DNA from: Octopus vulgaris
Taxonomy: Eukaryota
Assembly: GCA_951406725.2 (NCBI GenBank)
Contig: OX597814.1
Location: forward strand, 153,884,001-153,948,000
Length of the DNA: 64,000 nt
Direction: 5' to 3'
In this document: in pieces, positions 23,257 through 36,087 of the stretch
Layout of the letters: every line of letters starts with the position of its first letter
How positions within the stretch are numbered: the first letter of the stretch is position 1
Program-made: the position numbers and the translations under genes
The notes under the pieces: generated by a model
The model's database searches: none
Told to the model about the DNA's origin: nothing
What the model saw: the letters and a program-made list of their open reading frames with translations, nothing else

Positions 23257-24189
23257 GACCGGGTTGGTTTTTGATAACAGTTTTTGTAGTAGAGCTTTTT
23301 GAACTTATAACGTAAAATTTTTTTATAACAATGGTCAGTATTAGTAATAGAACAGGTTCTGCTGTCAAACGTATAATGAAATTTACAGTTTATCTTACCT
23401 CGGATAATCCTCGCAAATTGAAACTGTCAATAGTAACTGATGTGCTCAACAGAAGGAAGTTCAAACTTATACGATGTTAGTTAATTTCAGGTATTTTCAA
23501 TCTGTTGCTGTTTGTTTCACTTGCTCCGTTATTTTTCTCTGGTTTCTTCACTATATGCTATTCTTTCCAAGTGACTAAGATTCCTTAAAAAAGAAATAAG
23601 ACAGCAGAAAATAACTGTCCCCCTGAGAATCAGGAAAGTTAATATATAGTGGTTATATTTTGCATGACAGCCTAATTTTCTTCTAACCAGAAGATTTTTG
23701 CAGTTATCCTTAACATTAAGGTAATCTCAGCAAATAATAACAATTTTGAGGACCATTATGGTCCAATTATATGCCTCCTTAAGGATATTGCTTTGCTACT
23801 TGCCACAGTTTATCTAACTAGAAAATTGTATACGGAAAGCAACAAATAACAAGAATGTATGCAATTATAAGAACTTACTCCTTCAAACTTCTTGGAAAAA
23901 CTCACAAACATCAATGGTGGGGTTAAAAAACATAGTCATAACTGTATTTGTTTGTACATGGTGTGTGTGTGTGTGCATGTGTTTGGATGCATGTGTGTAT
24001 GTGTGTGCACATGCATGATGATGCCTTTATGTGACTTTGTGTTATAAGGCCTTTGTTTTTAAGCATGAATATCAAAATTAATGCAAACCATTCAATGAAG
24101 AAGAAATTTAGCTTCTTGGGAAAATTTGATGAATTTTTTTGGTACTCACAAAACATATGTTTAGATACCTTATTTTCATCTCCCTCAAA

Positions 24190-24219
24190 AATACATACAT
24201 ACATACATACATACATACA

Positions 24220-24253
<34 letters not shown>

Positions 24254-24380
24254 ATAATGTGTGTGTGTGTGTGTATGTATATACATACATACATATATAT
24301 ATATGTGTGTATGTATGTATTTACATACACACACACACATACACAGACACACTCACACACTCACACATGCACAAACACAC

Positions 24381-24423
<43 letters not shown>

Positions 24424-24720
24424 TACACTCAGACACATACATATATACATACACACACACATATATATACATATGTGCATGCATACATACATACATACAT
24501 GCATACACACACATACATATATACACACACATACATATACACACAAACAAACACATATACATACATACATACATACATACATACATACATACATACATAC
24601 ATACATACATACATACATGATGCTATGTTGCAAAGTTACATTTTATTGCAATAAATGAGATGTTTATAATTGAGAATACAAAAATACATACGCTCACACA
24701 CACACAGACACACACACAAA
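24190..24720. repeat. (TACA)n/(CA)n/(TA)n compound microsatellite
   Basis: Direct reading. It is the source of the HTYI/MYVC ORFs. Confidence 0.96.
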
Positions 24721-25859
24721 ACATTGTTTTTAAGGATTTGAAATTCAACTAGTATATTCTTCATAATATAAATTATTTCAACTGGTACACTTCTTTTTTC
24801 ACTCTTATTATAAAATCCTATTGAATACAACAGGAAACATTGTTCTTAGTTTATACAAACAGAAATATTTAAAATATAGAGAATGCTGGATAATTTAATT
24901 GATTTTTGTTACTGAGGAATTTCCTAAACATCTACTGAGAATGCAAAATCATGTTTTAAATTTTAGCCTAACAAAAAAGCAAAATTTCCCCAAATTAAAA
25001 AGCCAAAAATAAGCAAAGCAAAGAAAACATTGTGTTGTTATCAAAGTAGTGTGAGTTCACTTTTTAAAATTGAAGAGGCAGCTACATTATATGTAAATAT
25101 TGTTATATGCTGACATTCATACATATATATATAATCACATGTAATTCTGTGTGTATTTGTATGTGTTTGCATGAGTACATACACATGCAGAAATCTTTGC
25201 ATGTACTTGCACTTATATATGTAGACATGCAATTATGACTGTTTTGCGAGAGTACTTTTAGAGTTTGAATTATGCTAGAATATTATATGTAATGACAACT
25301 GTCTTATCACTAATGGACACAGGCATATATTTTTAGTTGGAAAAATGTAAAAGCATAAGTATAGTTACTTTTGGTGTTGCCGATGCTGTTGTTAACCCTT
25401 TTAATATGACAATGGTTGAAACTATCTGTAGTAAAGTGTTAATCGGAAACCCCCTTCAGTCATGAATGACCATGGGATTGCACCTAGAAAGTTACCCTCC
25501 GAGGCACAAGTCTGGGCAAGGTTGTTTATGGAAGGCCAGGAGTTTCCCATGCATACCAGCCTCCCCTCTCCATGCCACCGATGTTATCCAAGAGAAAGGC
25601 AAAGGGGTCAATACAGCTTGGCAAAGGGATCAATACAGTTTGGCACCAATGACGTTGCAATGTGTTGCGAGACAACACATTGGGTAAAGTAATCAAGGGA
25701 TGCGTTCAGGTTAGATGGTGTAGAGAGCACATGTCTTGACTGTCACATTGTACCCCTATATGATTCATCAGTGCTTATTAGAGTGAGTGTTATAATTCTT
25801 GCCCAGGTGAAGGCATAATGTAACTAGAAAAAACAAATATGAGTGCCATTCCAGATATT

Positions 25860-26190
25860 TAATAATAAGGAAATTATTGTATACAGTGCTCAGGTGCACC
25901 ACAACTTGTTAAAAGTGTGTATAAAGTATATGCAGTAATGTACAAATGTCTGGGAAGTGAACAGTATATGAGTCAGATACATGCTTGCGTGTGTATGAAG
26001 GGGAGAAAATCAGGTGTAATGTTGGCAAATCTCAGGAAGCATGGAAGTTTTGAAGGATGCAGTGCTCCAACAATTAACAACTGATGCCGGCAGTTTGTTC
26101 CATACTTCAGCAACTCTTTGCGTGAAAAAATGTTTCCGAAAGTCATGGGAGCTGTTCTGTTTTCTGACTTTGTAAACATTCCACGGGCCA
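25860..26190 (-). mobile_element. CR1-like LINE 3' end
   Basis: RKHFFTQRVAEVWNKLPASVV..FK C-terminal motif, with a 3' UTR ending at (ATT)n. Related copies lie at about 29840-30190 and 61515-61710. Confidence 0.8.
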
Positions 26191-27004
26191 ACTTCCAATG
26201 TGCCACAGGGCTACCTGATCGGAGCTGATCTAGGGTTATATAATAACAACATCATCCCAAATAATCTTCTTTGTCATCCTATACTTAGCTTCATATACTA
26301 AGAACAGTTCACTATTAGCAATTTTAAAACAAAAAGCTCCTGTGTTCATTTGTTACCTTTAGAAATATTTAATAGTCTTCATTTTCTTTTTCTTTGCTTT
26401 TTTTGACTAATTCCACTATTATTGGAAAGAAATAATAAACAATTTTATTACTGAAGACCAAAACAACAATTTGATAGTTCTTTTTGAATTTGTTTTATTG
26501 AATTTTTCATCAAAATCCACTTTATTAGCTACCTTCACCATAAACCAATCTAAATAAATAAATTTTAAAAAGTCTACAAGTTACCATAATTGTGTTCATC
26601 AATTCATCACACACCAGCTTATTGATTATGGTTCTAAAATTATTCCAACCAAACTACACTTATATGAAATCATTTAATTAAAAAACATATTTCTCAGTAA
26701 AAATACTTAAATTGTATAAGTATTAAGAAAAAAACTTTAAAACCCCTTGAATACTCATTCTTCCATCAGTATGTATCTACTTTGTCATAATTTCACATAA
26801 AGATATTTTTAAGCTTTAATGAGTATAAACAATCAATTTCAATGTCTGGCTGAAATTAGGAATTTTATGACTGAAGAATTTTCCTTGAAAATAATAACAA
26901 AATAAGAAAAAATTATTCATTACGTTTCATTTGCGTGTAAATAACTGATATTTGTCTAAATTTGTAAAATAAATTTTCTGATGCTTTGAGCAGAGAATTT
27001 TTTC

Positions 27005-28585
27005 TAGGGAGAGTGTCAATCAAGATGAGATGCAGTTTGGGTTCATGCCAGGGAAAGCACGATTGATGCTATATTTCTGGTAAGATAGCTGCAAGAGAAA
27101 TACCTAGCCAAAGATAAACCTCTGTAACTGGCTTTCATTGACATGGAGAAAGCCTTTGAAAGGGTCTCCTGATCCCTTATCTGGTGGTCAATGAGGAAAC
27201 TAGGGATAAATGAATGGTTAGTGAGAGCTGTGCAAGTCAATAAGGTGAGGGTTGGCAATGAGTACAGTGAAGAATTCCGAGTAGGGGTAGGGGTCCACCA
27301 AGGATCAATCCTCAGCTCCCTCTTATTCATCATAGTCATCCAGGCAATAACAGAGAAATTCAAAACAGGATGCCCCTGGGAGATCCTTTATGCTGATGAC
27401 CTTGCTCTAATTGCTGAGTCACTATTAGAACTAGAGGAAAAGTTTCAGGTGTGGAAGCAAGGATTAGAATCGAAGGGCCTTAGAATCAACCTAGCTAAAA
27501 CCAAAGTCTTAATAAGTAGGAAGGCAGACAAACTACAAATCCCTTCATGTAGATGGCTCTGCCCGATCTGTAGAAAACTCCATAAGATGTACCCAGTGTA
27601 AGCTATGGACACATAAGAGGTACATCAATATCAAAGGAAGGTTAACTGGCAAGATAGTTTTTGTATGTGGCAAATGCTCAGGTGCTATGAACACTGAAGA
27701 TGTGCAGAGAACAGCTTCTGTCACATTCTAGGGAGAAAAACTAGAAGTAGTTGAGTGCTTTCATTACCTAGGTGACCAAGTCAGTAGCAGGGGTGAATGC
27801 TCTGAAAGTGTAGCTACTAAGAATAGACTGGGCAAAGTTCAGAGAGCTTCTTCCTCTGCTGGTGACAAAGGACCTCTCTCACTCAGAGTAAAAGGCAGAC
27901 TGTATGACGCATGTGTACAAACAGCCATAATTACATGGCAGTGAAACATGGACAGTGACTGCTGAGGACATGCGTAAGCTCGCAAGGAATGAAACTAGTA
28001 TGCTCTGCTGGATGTGTAATGTCAGTGTGCATACTTGACAGTGTGTAAGCACCCTGAGAGAAAAGTTGGACTTAAGAAGCATCAGATGCAAGAGAGACGA
28101 CTTCGCTGGTATGGTCATGTGGCAAGAATGGATGAGGATAGCTGTGTGAAAAAGTGTCACACCCTAGCAGATGAGGGAACCTGTGGAAGAAGTAGACCCA
28201 GGAAAACCTGGGATGAGGTGATGAAGCATGACCTTTGAACATTGGACCTTGCCGAGGCAATGACTAGTGACCAAGACCTTTGGAGACATGCTGTGCTTGA
28301 GAAGACCTGACAAGCCAAGTGAGACCGTAGCCCATGGTCTATGCCAGCAGGTGTAACCAGCCTACTTATGAATACCCCCACCTCATTTATTAGACAATAA
28401 ACCTTGCTTGCGAAGACCTATTAAAGCAAGTGAAATCAGAATCAAAATTGCTGACATGGCCGATGACAGTACCACTTGATTGGCACTCATGCCAGTTGAA
28501 CGTTAAAAGCACATCCAAATGTAGGGTGTAACCGGCCCACTTATGAGTATCCCTCCTTCATTGGACAATGAACTTTGCTTGCGAA
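27005..28585 (+). mobile_element. 5'-truncated RTE-clade LINE, RT pseudogene plus 3' UTR
   Basis: QFGFMPG, AFIDMEKAF, GVHQGSILS, LYADD, RLRWYGHV and GRSRPRKTW motifs, with multiple stops and frameshifts. Confidence 0.93.
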
Positions 28586-30211
28586 GAATAAGTCCTGGGG
28601 GTCTATTCATTCAACTAAAAGTGGTGCTCCAGCATGGCCACAGTCAAATGACTGAAACAAGTAGAAGAATAAAAGAATAGGGGATTTTTGATATTCTAAA
28701 TAAAGTCCACATGAAAAAAAAAGGGGGAAAAAATGGAACTTGCTCATATTTGTACACACACTTATCTATTATGTACACTTACGGTCAAAGCATATTCTGA
28801 GGTTTATCTTCTGTCATAAAAATCTCAGTCAAGTTATCCAACAGGATTAAGAACTGAAACAGTTTTCTTAAGTAAAACGGAATATTTGGCTGCTATAAAA
28901 GCAGGTTAAGCAACTTATATAAAATCATCTTCTTAGATTCTTCTACATGTAAATATCCTAAAGTCTGGAAACTTAACATCCTCTTATGCAAATTTCAATT
29001 GTTGCTCTTCAGCCACATGTCAATATGGATCAAGCAGACCTATGAGCAAAAACATTCCAGTTGTGACAATACTTTCAATAGATATCTGAAGGTATTTTTC
29101 AAACATAATATTGTGTTTTGCAAAAAGAGACCAGGAAAGAGGGAGTAGGATGAAAAATTAGTATATAAGTATGATGCACATCATACAGGTATAATTATTA
29201 TATATGCAATTGTTCAGTCATCTCCTTTCACAGCTATTAAAGAGAGTTTATGTAAAGTTTATATTATATCATATAAAATATTTATAGAATATTCCTATTG
29301 TTCAGGTAGAGATATTCTACATGCATTAGGTTATTCATCTCTTTTAACAGTTGTTTAAATGAAAGTTTATATAATATTCCTCTTCATTTGAAAAGTGTTA
29401 GGGAATAGATCCTGTTATAGATATATGCAACAGAGACAATGATATATTGTGCTATATAATGGCCAGCTTACTGTATCATCACTCTGTTCAAACTGCCCTT
29501 CTCAGTTACAATGTTTAGTATTATAAGGATACAGAGACAAATATATAAAAAGACAGATCAAAGGGTAGAAATATACATGCATACATACACATTATATGTG
29601 TATCACAAACACACATTTCTACCATATGTATATCTACACAGATATACATGTGTAAATGTACTCATACACAAATAAATGGATGTTTATGTAAATACACATA
29701 AATACATCAATATATAATTCCAAATATCTATATTTCCCTGTATATATATATATTGCCACGAAATGATGCTTATATTGTTGTTAATGATTATTTTACCTTT
29801 GTTGTACAGCCTTTTGTTCTGTACAATTTTTTATATAATAATAATGAGCTTATTGTATACACTGTTCAGGTGCACAGCTTGTTGGGAAAGAGTAAGAGGA
29901 GACTGAGAACAGCAATAAGTCAAGTAAAGAAAGACAGCAACGATAGGCAAAAGTGCATCCATAATACATAAGGTAATACACCAGGAGATAGAAAAATGAA
30001 TGGTAATACAGTCATAAAGAGGAAAGAATGCATTGACACATCAAGAGTAGTGTTGGTGAATTTCAGGAAGCATGGAACTTTTGAAGGAAGTTATACCCTG
30101 AAAGCTAGCAACCAATATGGATAGTTCATTCCATGATTTAACAATTCTGAATATGAAATCTCTTTCTAAAAGTCATAGGAGTCGCACGTTTTTTTTTTTT
30201 TTTATAAGCAT

Positions 30212-30562
30212 ACTAGCACTATGACCCGGCGTTGCATGCATATACAGTTGCATGTGTGTGCACATACACACGAGAACTGTCCAAATCTCCGACCAATCAC
30301 ATACAGCTAGCTGGCATTCAATTGGCGTATCAAGTTTCAGGCATTTTGATTGGGTTTTGGATAGAAAATTCACAAAAAAGTCACTGCTATTGATTTTTTA
30401 ATGGCTTTGCAGAGTAACTGGGGAAATGTAAAGATGTGCACGACCACCCTTGGGCGGTTTTGAATGACCATAGGAAGTGCAAGCCCTCTAACTGAAAAAT
30501 TGTGGATTTGTATAAAGGACACGCACACAGACAGACATTTTGCTGTTTATATATTGAGAGAT
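30212..30562. mobile_element. Possible non-autonomous Helitron/Helentron-type element
   Basis: Begins T|ACTAGC..ACCCGGCGTTGC and ends ACAGACAGACA..TTTATATATTGAGAGAT|T. These termini are typical of such elements. No TSD. Confidence 0.45.
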
Positions 30563-31064
30563 TCATGGATGAAATTCTAAATTTACAAAGTTGACCAAAA
30601 ATGTTGTTGGAGAGATGAAAGGTGGACTTCAACTAAGGTGCTAGACATCAAAGATTTAGTGTGTTGATACCCAAAGAAGCAAAATGTTCAGAAAGGGACT
30701 GACAGAAGGTATTTGTCTAAACAGCTTACTGCAGATTGATATTTTGGACATAATAGGGATTCCAGATTAGAGAATCAAATTATAATTACACACATTTAAT
30801 AATAAGTTCTATCTATTTGACAACATGGATTATAAGACAGGTATGGTTGGATGGGAGACTAGATAAATTGATCAATATATGTAAAAGAGAGAAAAAGAAA
30901 ATGTATATGCCAGTAATCAGATAGGTAATTAAAAAATATCTATTCCATATAGTTTGACATATTTTATGCTTATCACCTTTAAGTTTAATTAAACCTTCAC
31001 ATCTATTGAACATACAGAAATATAAATGTATATTTTGACATGCATAAAATCACTTGTTTAAGTT

Positions 31065-31562
31065 CAGTAATCACTCACCATATCGCAGTTCACCTATTGT
31101 GCCCTCATTACATCATGGATTTTTCCAGCAAATATAAGTAAATTTATATCATGGACTTCTCAGTATATCACAGGTTTCTGCAGCTGATAGGTATTTATAT
31201 TTTGTAGATTTAACTAATTCTGTGATAAAATAAGCATTTTTGTGCCTAAAAATTAATGAATGAAAATATAGTACAGTACTGCACTGTATAACACATTAAT
31301 TAAAATATATTAAAAGAAAATCCATAGTGTACCTTAGACAAGTAAACAAAGAATCACACTTATTGTAAAGAAAACAAAAATCCTAAGAGTGTGGGAAGAG
31401 TCTATAAATGCTTAGATATATAAGAATAATAAAATAAATATATACAAATTATAAAAATAATAAAAATAAATATACAGTACAGTACTGTTTCTACTTCATG
31501 GATTTTCGCCTATTACAAAGTAGTTTTGGAACATAATACCCATGATAGTTGAGGGATTACTG
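31065..31562. mobile_element. pogo/Tigger-type MITE
   Basis: TIRs CAGTAATCACTCA.. / ..TGAGGGATTACTG, TA on the right side, and internal TACAGTAC motifs. Confidence 0.7.
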
Positions 31563-32268
31563 TAATGAAATTAGCTTACCATCACACATAGAAAACTAGT
31601 AAGTTTGTGAGTGATGGCATATCAAAATTTCTTTATCTTGAGCAGTGTAGTTTTAAAATTTTGCTGTTTGTTTTCAATAAATAAGGGTTTTGGGGGTTTT
31701 TTTGTTGTTTTTTTTTATGCCACTATTATCAGTTTAGTTATACAGCTACCATTTTTTTATGACATAGCCAGAAGAAAGGCAGAACCTATGACTTATCACT
31801 GGGTTTCCAAGACTGGTAGAAAGAAGTCATCCTCTGACCAACACACCAGACAAAATGCTTAGCAGCATTATGTTGCTCTTTACATTCTAACTTCAAATTC
31901 CACCAAGGTTGACTTTGCCTTTCATCCTTTTGGGGTTGATAAATTAAGTACCAGTCAAGCACTGGGGCCAATGTAATCCACTAACTATCACCACCAAAAT
32001 TTCAAGTTTTGTGCCTATAGTAAGTAGAAAGGATTATTATTATCAAGGCAGCAACCTTGCAGAACCATTAGCACCCTGGATAAAATACATAGCAACATTT
32101 CATTCATCTCTATAGTTCAAATTCTGCCAAGGTCAACTTTGCCTTTCATCCTCCCAGGGTTGATAAAATAAGAACCAGTCAAATACTGGGGTCAATGTAA
32201 TTGACTTCCACCTCCTGTCAAAAACTGCTGACCTTATGTCAAAATTTAAAACCTCTAACATCTTATTA

Positions 32269-32863
32269 CAAGGTGGTATCAAAAAGTTCCCAGACTAGTT
32301 ATGTTTAAAAATAAAAAAATAACTTATTAATCTTATTAAGTTATGTTTAATAAAAAAAAACTTATTAATCTTATTAAGTTATGTTTAATAAAAAAATAAC
32401 TTATTAATCTAAGTCTTAACATCATCTCCTTCAAAATAATCACCTTGCGCAGTAATACATCAGTCCCAGCATTCCTACCACTTTTGGAATCTGGCCTGTA
32501 AGTCATTTTCCGTAAGCAAATCAAGGACCTTCTGTCTTCCAGGGACACTCATCCACTTGAAACCCATTGCCTAGTCACCATAAGCTTGTCAAAGCATGCT
32601 CAATGCTTCTGAAACAGACTTCCCAAGTTTAATGCAAATTTTCACATTGGCTCTTTGTTCCTGTCCATCACATAATCGTAGACTACAGCAAACAGGTGAT
32701 CACAAAAACACAAATTTCCCAACTTACAAAGTAAACAGAGTGATATCACTTGGCACACTGCCTCATGAAGGTCACTGCTAGCCGTCACGGCACATGCAAA
32801 CCATGTGCTGCCAACTGTTGGCATGCTACAGAACAAGTCCAGTAACTTTTTGATACCACCTCA
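32269..32863 (-). mobile_element. Internally deleted mariner element
   Basis: TA-flanked TIRs (C/T)(A/G)AGGTGGTATCAAAAAGTT. Transposase C-terminal remnant ..QGDYFEGD on the minus strand. An internal 39-bp AT-rich unit is repeated about three times (32298-32410). Confidence 0.85.
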
Positions 32864-33899
32864 TATTATAGAGGTAAGCTGGTAGAGCCATTAGCATGCC
32901 AGCCAAAATACTTAGAGGTATTTCTTCCAGTAAAAATATAATCAATTTACCATTCCACTTAAATTGCAGGCCTTGTGTCAAAATTAGAAAGAATCATAAT
33001 TATCATTGTAATGGAATGTTAAAAGCACCATTCAAGCATGATCGTTGCCAGGGCCACTGACTGGCTCCCATGCTGGTGGCACATAAAAAATGCACCATTT
33101 GAGCGTAGTCACTGCCAGTGCTGCTGGACTGGCTCCTGTGCAGGTGGCATGTAAAAAGCACCACTTGAGAGTGATTGATGCCAGTACCACCTGACTGGCC
33201 CTTGTGCCAGTGGCATGTAAAAGTACCCACAAGACTCTCAGAGTTGTTGGCATTAGGAAGGGCATCCAGCTGTAGAAACTTTGCCCAATCAGACTGGTGC
33301 AGCCTTCTGGCTCACCAGTCCCCAGTCAAACCGTCCAACCCATGGAAAGCGGACATTAAATGATGATGATGATTAGCAATATTATTATTAGTCTTAAGAT
33401 AAAGGTAGTAGAAAGACAGAATTGTTAGAGTGTCAGACAAAATGCCTTATGATATTTTTGCCTGGTCTTTAAATTCTGAGTTAAAATCCTGTCAAGGCCA
33501 AATTTGCTTTTCATCTTTCTGGGATCAATGAAATAAACACCAGTCAAGTATTGGGGCTGATATAATCAACTATTCTGCCCCCACCCTACCCATCCACCAC
33601 AAAAACATAATGTCAGACTTTGTGCTTATGGTAGAAATAATTATTAGTTCAAGGTCAAGCTAAAAGTGCTTTTGTAAAAGTTGAAAAGGTATGGCAAACA
33701 GCAATATCACTCGAAGTTATATTCCATCTTAAACAACACAAAATCGAACAACGATAAAAAAAATTCTAAATGATTGAATATAATCATACCCTGCAAAGGG
33801 AGTTCCCATTGAATGCAATATTGAACTAAATTCAAAAACACAAAAAAAACCAGTAAAAATACTCCTTAATTGCAAACCAAAATAACAACAAAAAAAAAG

Positions 33900-34295
33900 T
33901 ACAAGAATGGATGTGTGGTTAAGAAGTTCACTTGAAGACCATGTGGTTTTGAGTTCAATTCCACTATCTGGTACTTTGGGCAAGTTTTTTTTTACTATAA
34001 TAGTCCCAAGCCATCCAATGCCTTCTGAGTGGATTTGCTAGACAGAAACCATGCTGAAACTCGTTGTGTGTGTGTGCCTGCATGTGTCTTTATGTTTGCC
34101 CCCAGCCACTGCACCACAGCTGGTGTAGCTCTGTTTATGCTTATGTAACTTAGTAGTTCAGCAAGGGACACCAATAGAATAAGTGCCAGATTTTAAAATA
34201 GTTCTGGGGTTGAGTTCAACTAAACCCTATAATGGGGTGCCCCAGCATGACTATAGTCCAGCAACTGGGACAAATAAGGGAGAAAAAGATAAGGA
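33900..34295 (+). mobile_element. SINE family B, old full-length copy
   Basis: Aligns by eye with 54803-55210. Confidence 0.75.
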
Positions 34296-34403
34296 TACTA
34301 GCTCCTTATCAACAATGTGAAAGTGAAGTTCTAAACTTAAGGACTGACATGAACAGGTCGAAAAAATTATAAAAAGCATTATAATCTCACATCATGGACA
34401 ACT

Positions 34404-34458
<55 letters not shown>

Positions 34459-34857
34459 TGTCTGTGTGTGTTTGTGTGTGTGATGTTTATAGTCTAAAAT
34501 ACACTGGTTTTTAAACTGTAAATACAAACATCTCTCTCTCTCTCTCTCACACACACAATGCCAATTCTTAGATTTTAATAAAATATTTTAGCTCTTTAAA
34601 AAGAATTTATTTAAATATTTGCAATAATCCGATTAACTGTTGATTCAAGTGACTTACTTTGATCAATTTTATTTGTTTTTCAGTCAACTGTTTACAACCA
34701 ACAGTCAGCATACAGTACTAAGATGGCGGTACTTCTATATCAGTGATGGGGAACCCCTAGCTTGCATTTAAATTTGAAATGTCCAGCAGACAATATTTTA
34801 AAATCCTTTGATATAAGATGTATACCTATAAATGTGTAAAAATAAATAGTCATTATA

Positions 34858-35032
34858 GGCAGGCATGGGTGTGTGATAAGAAGCTTGCATGGTTCTGGTT
34901 TCAGTCCCACTGCATGGCATCTTGGGCAAGTGTCTTCTACTATAGCCCCAGGCTGACTAAAGTCTTGTGAGTGGATTTGGTGGACAGAAACTGAAAGAAG
35001 CCTGTTGTATATATATATATATATATATATAT
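34858..35032 (+). mobile_element. SINE family B 5' half ending in (TA)n
   Basis: Matches 56194-56370. Confidence 0.85.
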
Positions 35033-35951
35033 AAGTTCAGCAAAATTTAGATTCAAATGAATATGGTACTTAAGTTAGATGCACCAGAATTTTGTATGGT
35101 GTTATCCATATAAATCCATGGGGTGATTATAATAAAAAATAAGCAACAAGAATAACTTTGGTAATTTGGTTCAATTGTAATGTTTAATGTTTGATATGTT
35201 TATCTTTTCAGGTATAGAAATGGCATTTGCTTGAAGAGGAAAGGCGTTTTGTGTGTTGGAGTATGCTCAAACACAGTCAAGCAAGATTGTGCAGTGTGCA
35301 TGAGAGAGTTCTCTAAAAAGTTGCCAATGGCAATGCAGATTTGGTCATGGCACAAAAAGTTCAAAGAGGAAGGCTGTCTGTGCAGGGCAGAAGGATCTGG
35401 ACAACCACTAACATTGGAAGAGATGGTTGAGCAGGTTTGCCACAAACTCATGTGAAGCCCCAAGAAGTCCATAAGAAGAACAAGTCTGGAAATCCAGATT
35501 CCTCCAATGACAGTTTGGTACATCCTGAGGAAACATTTGCTAATGAAACCTTACAAGCTGCAGCTCATTCAGGCCATAACAGCAGATGACAAGTGAAAGT
35601 GCAAACATGGGGCTATGTGAAGGGCCTGGTCTATGTTCTCCCTTTTCCTGCAAACCTAGAGGAACTCCAGCAGAGAATCACTACTACACTGAAGACTGTT
35701 ACCCAAGACATGCAGCATGTTTGGGAGGAGCTGGACTACTGACTTGACATGTGTCATATCTCAGGCAATGTGCATATTGAACATTTGTGAAATTGTTCAT
35801 GGAATCCACATACCTTTGAATTTCTCATTCAAATTTGGAGGAATAAATCTTATATTGCTCAACATTAAGCCCGTTTAGTTTCATTTGCTTTGACTAAGTA
35901 GTTTCTGTGATTTTTACATCTCAAATGATATCAAATGTTTTGAAACACCCT
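35033..35951 (+). mobile_element. Tc1/mariner-superfamily relic with the catalytic core deleted
   Basis: KAFCVLEYA, KKFKEEG, SPKKSIRR and PYKLQLIQ are fused to WGYVKGLVY..HIEHL*. The right TIR is TTTTGAAACACCCT. Both sides are flanked by (TA)n. Confidence 0.85.
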
Positions 35952-36003
35952 ATATATATATATATATATATGTTTCAACAAATAATCTGTTGAGATTCCT
36001 ATT

Positions 36004-36087
36004 CACCCTGATGAGGGGTTCATTGCCAAGATGCACCTTAACTCATAATCAAACTGCGGCAAAGAACTCTGGAAATGGCCATAGATG
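36004..36087 (+). ncRNA. Type I hammerhead-like motif with long stem II (Penelope-like remnant)
   Basis: CACC-CTGATGA-GGGGTTC..TTGCC..GGCAA..GAACTCT-G-GAAA-TGGCCATA-GATG. Stem III is the palindrome ATGGCCAT. Stem I is imperfect and there is an extra G before GAAA. Confidence 0.55.

Noticed and set aside
23923-24658. Long HTYI/MYVC ORFs up to 201 aa
   Set aside because: They come from a stop-free (TACA)/(CA) microsatellite. The same applies to the ORFs at 22988, 37933-38335, 44691-44967 and 60677-60950.
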